Source: Eledone cirrhosa (lineage: Eukaryota). Taken from it: 64,000 nucleotides of DNA. Both the position numbers and the translations under genes were made by a program. Where the stretch lies: NCBI GenBank assembly GCA_964016885.1, contig OZ024741.1, forward strand, positions 161,572,001 through 161,636,000, written 5' to 3'. Positions 25,455-38,078 of the stretch are shown here, in pieces. The notes under the pieces were generated by a model. It ran no database searches and was not told the origin of the DNA. It worked only from the letters and a program-made list of their open reading frames with translations. Position 1 is the stretch's first letter, and each line of letters begins with the position of its first letter.

Positions 25455-26020
25455 CAGGGTGCGTACGATATTTGTTCACAATTTTCAACTGCAATTTCAT
25501 GCAATATTTTTTTACTTCCGTTGTCACTCTTGTCTTCATAAAAACAGTGACTATATTTCCATTATTTATTTTCAGAATAATTGATTATGAATAATTTTGA
25601 ACCTCCAAATTTGTGGAATCCCCGCCAGGAGGACAAATAAGACCAGAAGATCAACTCCCAGAACAACAGGTGGCTCGCTGTCTCATCCAAAGGCGTACCC
25701 AGAGTCATGCAGACAAAGTTTCCAGCGACACCATTGGTCTTAGGTGTATCAGCAGTCAAGGTGACGTCTTGTCACCTCACTTCTTCCCTGAGGGCCTCAA
25801 GCTGAACACTGATGGCTATATCCACGTTCTCAGCAAGGTAGTAAATCCCTGTATCGACCAGGTAGCTGCAGGTAGGCTGTACGTGGGGCAGCAAGACTCA
25901 GCGCCCTGCCATACCAGCCAAAAGTCCCAAGCCTGGCTATCAGGGAACTTCGTCGACTGCACTTCACCTGACATCTGGCCTCCCTGACATCTCGTCTGAC
26001 TGCAACCCCCTCGACTTCTA
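25455..26020 (+). mobile_element. Internally deleted DD37D (maT) mariner-like element
   Basis: Left TIR cagggtgcgtacgatatttgttcacaa after TA; QQDSAPCH and SPDIWPP; homologous to 51725-53032; right end absent. Confidence 0.85.
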
Positions 26021-26269
26021 TAATCAATATCTGAAAAAATGAAAGTGCCCATGACCATGCAGAGTACATAAGTAACCTATGTCTTAAGTTTGGTGAAAAT
26101 ACTGTAGAAATGCATAAGGTTTACACATTCATGCGCGCGTGCGTGTATGTATTTGTGTGTGCGTATGTATATGTATGTGTATGTCCGGCGCATACGTATA
26201 TGTACTGGCCTAAATTTTCACTATTTACTTTTTCTATTTTAAAGCAAAGTTAAAATCCCGTCGAGGTTA

Positions 26270-26358
26270 ACTTTGCCTTTCATCCTTACGGGGTCGATAA
26301 AATAACGTACCATCTACTGGGTAATTGCTGGCCTTGTGCCAAAAGTAGAAACAACTAT
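26270..26358 (+). mobile_element. Meta-like SINE fragment
   Basis: gcctttcatccttacggggtcgataaa central domain and ggccttgtgccaaaagtagaaac tail. Confidence 0.75.
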
Positions 26359-27404
26359 TTTAATAACCTCTGTCATTTTCATTTACAATTTTATTTACAT
26401 CATTCTTAAACTCCGGGGCTGGAAATCATTTGGTTATTTTAAATAGAATATTAGTCTAACGACTCCATTTACACCATATACTTGGTCTTGTTTGTGCATG
26501 AAATTGTTCTTCTCAGTCCACATAACGACGTATTATCCTCGCTTTTTTTCTGTTCATTACAAGGGAACGTCTTCACGAACCAAAATTTTGTCTCCCTGTT
26601 TTCCTGCGGTTGCAACGTTTCTCGAAATATTTAATTCTGCGATCACAGATTGAATTTTTTAGTTTCAGAAGATCCCGTTAATGTTGAAAGCAGCGATTCT
26701 TTGCTTAAACTTTCTTTCTTTCTCAACCCCTCTCCTTTTTTCTCATACCCTCTCTCTCTCTCTCTCTCACTCATACCCCCTCTCTCTCTCTTCCTCTACA
26801 GAATGGAGAACAATAAAGAACGTGCAGATCTCGATCTCTCTGTCTTTATATATATGTGTTTGTGTGTGTGTGAACCAGCGTTCGACGCCATTCTCTCTCT
26901 CTCTCTCTCTCTATCTGATTATCTTGTACCTCTCTCTGTATAACGACCTATCTCACTCTCTCTCTCTACATCTCCCTTTCTCTCTTTAGAAGTATATGTA
27001 TATGTGTGTGTGTGATATATATATATAGAGAGAGTTGCAACATGTATGTAGTTTAATAGATCTTTTAGGTTAGTAGTGTATTCAAATAGGCTTGTTTTCA
27101 TTCTGAAGGAATTGTAAACCATTTGTAATGTTGTTTGTGCAAGTATGAATAAAATATTTTTACTTGAAAACAGAGCATATAAATAAATTTACAGTAGAAT
27201 AACCTAACAAATATGTTTTAAATATCATAACAATTAAGTTTTAAATATATACATAAATAACATTACAAAGGATGATACAATGAAAGATATATTCCTTCAA
27301 TGCTACAATATTAAAGAAAATGTAAAGGAAGGGGTGAACAATGGAGCCAACACCAGAGCAAAAGACAGCAAGGTCGTGAGTACTGGGCAACCTCTCTAAT
27401 GATT

Positions 27405-28430
27405 TTTTAGGCAAGCCAACACACTCGCAGCGTTGCCTCGGGTGATGGCGAAGCTGATGCGCTGAAATATTGTTTTAAAAGACTTTTTAATGGAAATGAA
27501 GCAAAATGGAAGCTTAATGTTGAAACTTCGAACTCATGAATTTTGCAGGTTAAAATTTTGCTGGCCCGAAAACTGTTCGCGTATTTTTGTACGCGTAGTT
27601 TGTTCATAAGGTAAATAGATAAACAAATGACGCCATAAAAGGGAAATAACTCATCTCTCATCTCTATTTATACATTTGAACTGAAAAATCAATACATTAC
27701 AAATTCGATTTTTGCACTTGGCATGGGTCGATTTGAAAATTTTTTTGACTGATGTCTCCACTGGACCTTCATCTATAAGTGTAGCAATTTCACCAAAATT
27801 TTAACGTACGGTTTAGGAGGAGATGTGTGCCGACCGTTTTAGTAGACAGACAGACAGACAGACAACCTCAGTTTTATATATATAGACTAGCAGAAAACCA
27901 CCCAGTGGGTGGTTTTCTGCTAGCAAATCTAGTGTATATACTGATATTGTTGAGATTTGGATGAGAAATGTTTTCGGCACCACATGTTCACCTTCTCTCG
28001 GTGTGTCTTTTATGCATGTATAAATATATATGTTATCTATACGGTGAAATCTTTGAAATAATATGTTAAAATGAAAAAGGAGAAAAAGAGATTAGTGACG
28101 GAAATATAAACGTTATGATACATAAACGTTATGATATAACGATGGAAATATATCTTCAAATGGTCCTTGGCATGGTGTCAAGTCAGAACCGCCTCGAACT
28201 GGTTACTTCTGGCTTGTGCAAGGTGTATCTATAGCAACCAGCGATTCCCTCGGCCTCAGTGACCAAAGTCAGTGGAGAGGAGAAGGTAATGTTTCTATAG
28301 CAACAGTGTTTCTCTTGGTCGTACCAAAGTGGAGAAAGGAAGGGGAAGGTAATATTTCTGTAGCACCTAAATTTGAGTTTTAGGGAAGGACAGACAGACA
28401 GACAGACAAACAGAGAAATGCCCATATATT
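27405..28430 (+). mobile_element. Putative tandem Helentron/HINE-like non-autonomous elements
   Basis: Two units ending in (GACA)n plus an AT-rich terminus (27845-27886, 28390-28430); 18-bp-arm hairpin at the junction 27887-27923. Confidence 0.45.
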
Positions 28431-28440
28431 TCTGTGTGTG

Positions 28441-28493
<53 letters not shown>

Positions 28494-28529
28494 CACACAC
28501 AGAAATGTATATATATTTCTATGTGTGTA

Positions 28530-29363
28530 TCATCATCATCATCATCATCATCGTTTAACGTCCATCTTCCACGCTTGCATGGGTTTGGACGGGGGTTTTC
28601 CCACTTGAGGCAAGAGTGGTTGTCTTGCTCGCATAGGACTGTCTGGATGCCCTTCCTAACACCAACCACATTTACAGTGTGGGGCTGGGAGGTTTTTACT
28701 GTGTTGCCTACACGGTCTCATTACAGCGTGGACTGTGTGTTTTTTTTTCGTGACACCTACACGATCTCATTTGTTTCGGCCTGGATTTTGTGGCACTGAC
28801 TGTAGTAGGTTTTACTTTGTATTTAGGTAAGGCGGGTCTTCTCTATTACTGAGTACCGCCAAAGGTCTCGGTCCAGTGACATTGTCTTGGAGAGGTGTAA
28901 GTGTGTGAGGTCGGAATTTATCAGCTCGTCCCAGGTTTTTCTGGGTCTGCCTACTACGTGGCTACCGTCTATCTTTATTACCCTGCACTTTGCTATACAG
29001 CTGTCGTCTTTCATGCGCATCACGTGACCATACCAACGTAGCCTTCTCTCGAGTAAACAACATCTGATCCCTCATATTTCTAATTTTTCCCTGAGTTCGT
29101 TTATGCTTTGCCGTTCGCGTATATTACTATTACACATCCAGCGGAGCATTCAAGCTTCGTTCCTCTCTAGTCTGCGTATATCCTCTGCACACAATGCCCA
29201 GGTCTCACTGCCATGCAACATTGCTGTTCGTATGCAGGCATCATACAACCTGCCTTTCATTTTTAGGGAGAACCCTTTAGCGGCTAATAGTGGTATAAGC
29301 TCTCTGAACTTTTTCCATCCAGTTCTGACTCTAGCTACTGTACTTTCAGAACACCCTCCCCCA
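28530..29363 (-). mobile_element. RTE-A 3' fragment
   Basis: C-terminal ORF and 3' UTR with small deletions. Confidence 0.9.
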
Positions 29364-29421
29364 TTGAAATTATTAGTTATTTTACTAATGCTTAGATATG
29401 TAAAAATGAAGCAATGTTTCT

Positions 29422-29614
29422 AATAATTGTTTCTACTGTTGGCACAAGGCCAGCAATTACCCAGTACATTACTGGTACTTTATTTTATCAACCCCGTGAG
29501 GATGAAAGGCAAAGTTAACCTCGGCGGTATTTGAACTCAGGCCGTAAAGGGACGTAACTCCATGCTATGAAGCAAGGTGTCCGACTCTCTACAGATTCTG
29601 CCAATCCACCGCCC
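29422..29614 (-). mobile_element. Full-length Meta-like tRNA SINE
   Basis: Head gggcggtggattggcagaat, B box gagttcaaat, Meta-like domain, A/T tail. Confidence 0.8.
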
Positions 29615-29847
29615 TAATGTCTGTACGTAATGAGGAAGTGAGAGGGGAGAGAAAGAAAGGCAGAGGTGAAGTGACGAAGTGACTCTCTCCTCCTCCTCCA
29701 TCTCCCCATTCGTCACAGCGATAGAGGGGAGGAATGTTAGTGTGTTACAAAGAGAAAGAGTGAGAGTGAGAGAAACAGACAGACTAAAAGAGAGTGATAG
29801 CTGGAGAGAGAGAGAGAGATAGCAACAGATACACTACAGTAGCTAAG

Positions 29848-30049
29848 GGATGTATATATATTTCTGTGTGTATATATATATACATTTCTGTGTGTGTAAT
29901 ATATATATATATACACACAGAAATATATATACATTTCTGTGTGTGTAATATATATATATATATATATATACACACGGAAATATATATATATTTCTGTGTG
30001 TGTATACATATATATATCTATTACACACACAGAAATGTATATATATTTC

Positions 30050-30090
<41 letters not shown>

Positions 30091-30300
30091 CACACACAGA
30101 AATATATATATATTTCTGTGTGTGTATATATATATATATATTACACACACAGAAATGTATATATATTTCTGTGTGTATATATATATATATATCACACACA
30201 CAGAAATGTATATATATTTCTGTGTGTATATATATATATATTTCTGTGTGTGTATATATATATATATTACACACACACAGAAATGTATATATGTTTCTGT
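29848..30300. repeat. Palindromic minisatellite alternating TTTCTGTGTG and CACACAGAAA with (TA)n
   Basis: Repeated alternating inverted units; same motif at 28425-28530. Confidence 0.9.
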
Positions 30301-30571
30301 AGCACTCCTCAATTCCCCCTCTCTCCCTCCCGCTATCCCCCTCTTGTAGTCTGTCTCTTTCTTTCACTCTCAGTCTCTCTCTACGCGTCGCGTGCGCAAA
30401 AAACACTCGCACGCGCGCACGTGTTTCCACTGTCGGACAGACAAACTGAGAAATTGCTGGTTATATATTATAAGGAGATAAGCAAAAGGGATATTTAATT
30501 TGAACACATTCATGGCCTGGGCCAATGCTGGCCGAAAGTTATCAAAATTATCTATATATGTATACATATAT

Positions 30572-30742
30572 ATCATCATCATCATCATCATCATCGTTTA
30601 AAGTCCGTGTTCCACGCTTGCATGGGTTTGGACGGGAGTTTTCCCACTTGAGGCAAGAGTAATTGTCTTGCTCGCATAGGACTGTCTGGCGGGTTTTCTA
30701 CAGTTGGATGCCCTTCCTAACACCAACCACATTTACAGTGTG
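30572..30742 (-). mobile_element. RTE-A tail fragment
   Basis: Terminal part of the RTE-A 3' UTR. Confidence 0.85.
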
Positions 30743-30746
30743 TTAC

Positions 30747-30817
<71 letters not shown>

Positions 30818-30839
30818 GAGGCACATATATATATATATA

Positions 30840-31188
30840 ATGGAGGCACATGGCTTAGTGGTTAGAGCATTGGCCTTGCAATCGAAAGATTGTGAGTTCA
30901 ATTCTCAGACCGGGTGATGTGTTGTTTCCTTGGGCAAGACACTTTATTTCACATTGCTCCAGTTTACTCAGCTGTAGAAATGAGATGATAGGGACAGGGG
31001 TCCCTATCATTCCACTGCAAAGTGGTTGTGGAGGTGCCACAGAAAAAAAGCACCCAGCACTCACTGTAAATGAGGTTGGTGTTAGGAAGGGCATCCAGCT
31101 GTAGAAATTAAGCCAGCGTCAGTTCCCGTCCCACCCTTGCAAGCAGGGAAGAAGCGGACGTAAAATGAAATGATGATGATGATGATGT
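30840..31188 (+). mobile_element. Full-length CORE-like SINE with RTE-B tail
   Basis: Near-identical to 8965-9308. Confidence 0.88.
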
Positions 31189-31893
31189 TGATATGTATAT
31201 ATTTAGTTATGTAATAAACAACATAAGATAATTATTTCATTTACCAGTGGTTTCTTGAAAGCAAACAAATTTGCTTTCAGTCACCAGAATGGAAAAAATC
31301 CTGGTGTTTTTATTGAATGTGGATTTGAAAACCAAAAAAATATAAGGAATATGAAAGTGAGGCTGGAGGAAGAAGAAGAAAAGGAGAAGAGAAAAATAAA
31401 TATATAAGTATAAAAACACACATATATATATATATGTGTGTATGTGGTTGTATATATATTTTCTCATGTATATGTGTGTGAATGTATTTATATGTTTCAA
31501 TATATGTATATTCACCTACATTTATATATATGTACCTATACGTGTGATTGTGAGTATATGCGTGTGTATCAATGTGTATGCATGTGAGTATGCACACACA
31601 TGCACACACACACACACGCACACACACATATACAGATATATATATATATACTTACCTACACATACACACAAATACACAAACACATATATATATATGTACA
31701 CATACATATTTATACATATATATATATATATATATATATTGGCCTGCCCGCCCAGCCAGTGGGATGGCGTTATCTTATGGCCAAAACAGCACGACGAGCT
31801 GTGACCAGCGGCAGCGATTTGCGCCCGACAGACTGGTCGGTCAAGGCGATACATATATATACACACACCCAAATACATACACACATACATACG

Positions 31894-31928
<35 letters not shown>

Positions 31929-32144
31929 GTGTATATATATATATATATACACACACACACATATAATTATAAGAATAAAAAAATCAATAACAAACAAAAT
32001 ACATATACATGAAATCAAAGTAAAGTCAAATATAAGAAATAAAAAATAAGGGAATAAAATAACTATTAAGTTGACAGCGATGCGAAAGAGGGGAAAGGCA
32101 CAAATAAAAATAAATAAACAAACACACGTAGTAAGCAAATGTAC

Positions 32145-32980
32145 AAAATATCCCTCTTATACCCAGTTTCTCTCTCAACACATCCATGCTTGGTCGTTCA
32201 CGCACATTGATATTGCACATCCAACAGAGCATACTTGCTTCATTTCTCTCCATCACATAAACCTCTGCAGTTGCTGCCCATGTCTCACTACCATGCAGCA
32301 TCATGCATCTCACACAGGCATCATATAACCGTCCTTTCGTACGCAGGGAGAAACCCTTCTTTGTCAACAGAGGAAGCAGCTCCCTAAACTTCTTCCACAC
32401 CGTCCTTATTCTAGATACTATTGCCTCGGAACAGCTCCCTCCCATGCTAATCTGATCACCTAGGTACTGGAAGCTATCAACCACTTCTGTAGAACCCACC
32501 TGCATTGGAAAAATGTGTCTATCACTGCGATTACTACTGCCAACTTTCCCTGTACATCTACTGCATACGTAGTTTTCCCTACCTGTTAGTTTGCCTGCTA
32601 TCCCACTACATCTGTTGTGTACCCAAGATCTGCATTGCGTACATTTTATGGAATTTATGCCAGTTCCTTTTCTACATATCAAACATGGCCATTTCCCTGA
32701 TGGAATCAGAATATTGTCCTCTCTTCTACTTATCAACACTTTTGTCTTAGCTATGTTCACGCTCAGTCCTCTTGATTCCAACTGCTGTTTCCATAGCCAG
32801 AATTTATTCTCTAGCTCCTTTACTGATTCTGGTATAAGAACCAGATAATCAGCATAGAGAAGTTCCCATGGGCATCCAATCTTAAACTCCTCTGTTATGG
32901 CTTGGAGGACTATAATGATCAAGAGTGGGCTGAGGACCGAACCCTGATGTACACCTACTTGTATCTGGAATACCTCACTA
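32145..32980 (-). mobile_element. RTE-B internal fragment
   Basis: ORF 32026-33018: QGSVLSP, YADY (mutated), zinc finger, FQYLG. Confidence 0.88.
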
Positions 32981-33449
32981 TTCAAAAAACTCAGAATACA
33001 TTTATTGTATTCAGCCATTTAGAGTGAACATTTTTTTTTTAAATTTGAATATGGCAAAGCCGGCCATTGATCGCTCGTATACAGGAAACTGACTGGCCAG
33101 TCTGCTGATATGCAAATCTGGCTGATCAGTGGATCTGCTAATATGCAGATCTGACATATCAGCCAGTCTGCTAATATGCAAATCAGGCCAATCAGTCACT
33201 GTATATTTTTGAAAATATCATATATTTTCACTAGCTCTCACAGTTGACAGATGAACAGTGAACTATACTGATGAAGGGTAATACCCAGAAACATTAGTGT
33301 CTGCAATTCTGTTTACAAGCCAATACAAGAGCAAAAATGAGGGGCTCATTCTACCGACATGGCTTTCAAAATGAGGCTTGTTTGCATAATTGCAAACAAA
33401 TCGAATATTATTATTAATATTCGAAAAACTCAGATTACATTTATTATAT
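32979..33449 (+). mobile_element. Non-coding hammerhead-bearing retroelement, family H1 copy 1 (retrozyme-like)
   Basis: ~439-bp unit with terminal redundancy tattc(a/g)aaaaactcaga...catttatt; homologous to 49259-49777. Confidence 0.7.
33252..33316 (+). ncRNA. Type I hammerhead ribozyme (family H1)
   Basis: CTGATGA 33268-33274, stem II gggt/accc, GAAAC a ttag t GTC, stem I with distal gaacag/ctgttt. Confidence 0.7.
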
Positions 33450-33539
33450 ATACACACACATATATATATATATATATTTCGTTTCTGAATTTGTTTAGCA
33501 AGATTCTTTATCTGAAAACGTGTGTTGAAACCGATATTG

Positions 33540-34023
33540 TTATACTTTGGGAGGGTCATGTTGCAAATAAGAAACACACGCACCAGTTGCTTCCACTCCA
33601 ATTTATTATAAATTTAAGAATTTATAAATTTCCGGTTGGTTGGTTAGTTCCACAACCGGACGGTTGTTCATATATTGTCAAAGTTCTTTCGTCACACATT
33701 CTGTGACCTCTTCAGTGACTGGGGATTCTTTTCTTTGTTTTGTGCCTCTCCTTTCTTCTGCCCTACGCTATCTTGTTTTTGGCGTAGGACAGAACAAAGG
33801 AGAGGCACAAAACAAAGAAAATAATCCTCAGTCACTGAAGAGGTCACAGAATGTGTGACGAAAGAACTTTGACAATATATGAACAACCGTCCGGTTGTGG
33901 AACCAACCAACCAACCGGAAATTTATAAATTCTTAAATTTATAAATTTAATTTATAATAAATTGGAGTGAAAGCAACTGGTGCTGGTGTTTCTTATTGGC
34001 AACATAACCCTCCCAAAGTATAA
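33540..34023. repeat. ~480-bp palindrome with a hammerhead in each arm
   Basis: Arms ~33540-33769 and 33781-34023 are reverse complements with few mismatches; loop ~11 nt. Confidence 0.92.
33831..33873 (+). ncRNA. Minimal type I hammerhead (mirror copy on minus strand at 33677-33719)
   Basis: gtca CTGAAGA g gtcaca gaatg tgtgac GAAA g aa c TT tgac. Confidence 0.7.
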
Positions 34024-34048
34024 TATACATATATATATATGTGTGTGT

Positions 34049-34089
<41 letters not shown>

Positions 34090-34149
34090 TATATGTGTAT
34101 ACATACGTACATATATATATATGTACGTATGTATACACATATATATATA

Positions 34150-34975
34150 TTAAAAGTCTCTCTTGGAAGGTGCACCTCACCATAGAATTTAGGGTCTATA
34201 TTGGGACACATTTTAATGGCTAGATATAGAAACCCCAGAGTTACCTCCCCGCATGCATTAACTCCCCTTAGCCACACACACACTTCCGGTATTCAATGGC
34301 GTTTCTCGAAACGTAACAACCTCCTGTATCGAACTAAAGAACACCAGACTACGATCTCTAACTGGATTGTCGTGGATTATGTGAAAGGCATATAATCGAA
34401 ATATACACTCCCTTGACCATGAAAATGCCGAAGTACATGAATTACTTGACATCCCTGCGCTGTGCATCTCCAATACTTATAACACTTTTAATGCTTGCAC
34501 TATCTTTAATGCTTATAATATTTCTCCACACACAGACTATATCAATCATATAAAGACTTTGCCACCAGATCTACCAACCTAACACTCTTATTTACCTACC
34601 TAAGTGCCTCTACCACACATATCTCTCTGCCACACTATATAAACAAGACGCACATGCGTGCCACACATATAACATTTGCACTATATAACCACTTATCTTC
34701 ATGTTGTACTTTAACCTATATCTTTGATTTTTGATTGTACCTATTAATATAAATGTAATCTCGAAGTGTGTACTGCCACTCTAAATTCTGTAATGAATGT
34801 TGACCCACAATGTTTGAATATGTATTGGTATGTCTCTCGGCTGAAAAGGAGGTCATATAACTGTCCATGCATTAATAAATTGCTCCGAAGAATCCAAACC
34901 TCGGTTTGGAGGAAACAGCTGTAAGCACAATAATGTTTTGAACAGTTCTTTGATTCTTATATTTCATATTTCATA
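34150..34975 (+). mobile_element. Degenerate Penelope-like element 3' end (GIY-YIG remnant and pLTR)
   Basis: Broken translation VYIGT...RNNLLYRTKEH...HSLDHENAEV resembles PLE GIY-YIG; hammerhead motif downstream; flanked by (TA)n. Confidence 0.5.
34881..34927 (+). ncRNA. Minimal hammerhead with palindromic stem III
   Basis: tgct CCGAAGA a tccaaacc tc ggtttgga g GAAAC agct GTA agca. Confidence 0.65.
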
Positions 34976-34983
34976 CACATATA

Positions 34984-35026
<43 letters not shown>

Positions 35027-35188
35027 GTCAATACTCATCTTTTTCCATTTCTCCAAGGGTTCTTAACCCCACTATCAGGCTAAATAATTTCTTTAATTTC
35101 TTTAGTCAAAATACGGCGATAGCTAACATTTCTAATAATTTCAAATCAACTCGCTGTTTTGAAAATATTCTTACATATATATATATAT

Positions 35189-36768
35189 ATCATCATCATC
35201 ATCATCAGGTTTAGCGTCCGTGTTCCACGCTTGCATGGGTTTGGACGGGGGTTTTCCCACTTGAGGCAAGAGTGGTTGTCTTGCTCGCATAGGACTGTCT
35301 GGCGGGTTTTCTACGGCTGGATGCCCTTCCTAACACCAACCACATTTACAGTGTGGACTGGGAGGTTTTTACCGTGTTACCTACACGGCCACATTACAGC
35401 GTGGACTGTGTGTTTTTTTGTCGTGACACCTACACGACCTCATTTGTTTCGGACTGGATGTTGTAGTACCAACATAACTTTACATTGAAAGGGGTGGTGT
35501 GGATGGGGTGGGGGTAGTGGGACGGGTGTGTATTTTGTTAGAGGTGTCTACTGACTGTAGTAGGTTTCACTTTGTACTTAGGTAAGGCGGGTCATCTGTA
35601 TTACTGTGTAGCGCCAAAGATCTCGGTTCAGTGACATTGTCTTGGAGAGGTGTAAGTGTGTGAGGTCGGAATTTATCAAGTCGTCCCAGGTTTTTCTGGA
35701 TCTGCCTACTCCGTGGCTACCGTCTATTTTTATTGCCCTGCACTTTTTTATACAGCTGTCGTCTTTCATGCACATCACATGACCATACTAACATAGTCTT
35801 CTCTCGAGTAAACAACATCTGATCCCTCTTGTTTCTAATTTTTCCCTGAGTTCGTTTATGCTTTGCCGTTCACGTATATTACTATTACACATCCAGCGGA
35901 GCATGCAAGCTTCGCTCCTCTCCAGTCTGCGTATATCCTCTGCACACAATGCCTAGGTCTCACTGCCATGTAACATTGCTGTTCATATGCAGGCATCATG
36001 CAGCCTGCCTTTCATTTTTAGAGAGAACCCTTTAGCAGCTAATAGTGGTATAAGCTCTCTGAACTTTTTCCATCCAGTTCTGACTGGAGCTACTGTACTT
36101 TCAGAGCACCCTCCACCACTGCTGATTTTGTCACCCAAGTAACGGAAGGTGTCCACTATTTCTATAGAACCATCTGTGCAATGGAATGAGCTAGTATTCT
36201 GTGGGCACTTGCTGCTACTTATTGCACCAGAGCACCGGCCACATATAAAATCTATGTTCTTAGTTAGCTTACCTGTGATCCCACTACATCTTTTATGCAC
36301 CCATACTTTGCATTTGGGACATAAAATGGAGTTTCTACCTACTCCTTTCCTACACACTGAGCATGGCCATTTCCCAGATGGAACCGGTGCCCTATTTTCC
36401 TTCCTACAAACTAGAACTTTAGTCTTAGACAGGTTAATTTTAAGGCCTTTTGATTCTAGACCAGGCTTCCATGTTTGGAATTTCTTCTCTAGTTCGGCCA
36501 TTGATTCAGCTATGAGCGTTAGATCATCTGCGTATAGGAGTTCCCATGGGCAGCCGGTCTTGAACTCCACTGTTATAGCCTGAAGGGCAATAATAAATAG
36601 TAGGGGGCTAAGAACGGAGCCCTGATGAACACCAACTTTTACGCTAAACTCTTCACTATATTCGTTGTTAATTCTAACCTTGCTGACTATTTCTTTATAC
36701 ATGGCTTGTATAGCTCTCACAAGCCATTCATCAACACCTAGTTTTCTAAGAGCCCACCAGATAATGGA
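35189..36768 (-). mobile_element. RTE-A, 5'-truncated
   Basis: ORFs 35983-36843 and 35578-35778, 3' UTR, tail. Confidence 0.92.
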
Positions 36769-37519
36769 AATATATATATACATACATATATATATATATA
36801 CATACATATATATATATACATATGTAACTGTTACCACAGTCAATTGCTATAAATAATAGCTTAAACAAGTGGGTAAAACACCTTTATATACAGAAAAAAA
36901 TTGGTCAGCAGCTGCTATGAAGAATTGAACTCTGTACTTCTAAAATTCCAACTGAATGCTCATAACCACTGAGCTAACTTCCATCTAAACAGAAAACTAA
37001 ATAAACTGCTTAAATGTAACAAGAACCTTTCAAACCTATTGAAGCATTGAGTAGATCAAACACTGGATGGATATATTGTGTGTGTGTGTGTGTGTGTTTA
37101 TTTTTCATGTAATATAGTAGTTCAACAAAAAGAGATTGATAAATTAAGTATGACATATGAAATAAATAAGTACTGGGGATCAATATGATTGACTAAATCC
37201 CTTTAAGGTGGTTCACCAGCATGGCTGCAGTCAAATGACTGAAAACAGTAAAAGAATAACTCAGAAAAATGTCATACTAAAACAATGGATAGACACATTG
37301 AAACTTGCTCAAACAAGTGTGTGAAACTGAGCAAAGAGACAATTGTTATAAACTGAACAGACAAAACAAAATGTATAAATGTTAACCTTTTTGACATTAA
37401 GAGCAATGAATTCTGATGGACAGGAAATATACATCAGAGATACATTCATTTATTTTTTTCTCCATTTCATTACCACATTTCTAATTTGGTGAACGTAAAA
37501 GAAACGGTTGTCAACTTAC

Positions 37520-37627
37520 CAAGTAAACATGGAATTCTAGGTGTAAACTCTTTAATAACATATGGTAAAATCATGTAGCTCTGGTTTACTAGCACTGGAG
37601 ATATACCAAGCTCTGTCTGCTTCCAAT
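37520..37627 (-). CDS. SLC5A7: SLC5A7-like coding exon 7 (last exon found)
   Basis: tttcag|...|gtaagt, 108 nt; DWKQTELG...MILPYVIKEFTP matches CHT1 DWNQTAYG...MILPIVLQYLCP. Confidence 0.88.
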
Positions 37628-38078
37628 CTGAAAATAAACATAAATTTATTCTTTCACATGCCAAAAAGAGAGGTGTAAGTTTAGATTATTCTTCTTCGGC
37701 TTGACAACCTGCCTCATGCTTGGTTTAAGGGACCCAGTACACTCTGTAAAGTGTTTGGTGTTAAGAAGGGCATCCAGCTGTAGAAAAATTGCCAAACAAA
37801 GTATTTAGAGAACTCTTCAGTTATGTCATGAACATGTCAACCTCTTAGTGTTGGTGTCATGATAAAATGTAGCCAGCACAATCTGTAAAGTGGCTGATGT
37901 TAGAAAGAGCATCCAACCATAGAAACCATGCCAGACACAGGGTAGAGAAGATTCTTCAGTCAGTGTTAGAACTTGATAAACTTCCCTAAGGAAGTTATCA
38001 TGTCCTCAACACAACTGAAGATTCCTCTGAACACTTTTTTGGTATGGTTTCCATTGCTAGATGCCCTTCCTGATGTCA

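Noticed and set aside
27325-27395. Hydrophobic minus-strand stretch as a downstream SLC5A7-like exon
   Set aside because: No match to the expected CHT1 motifs and no convincing splice sites.
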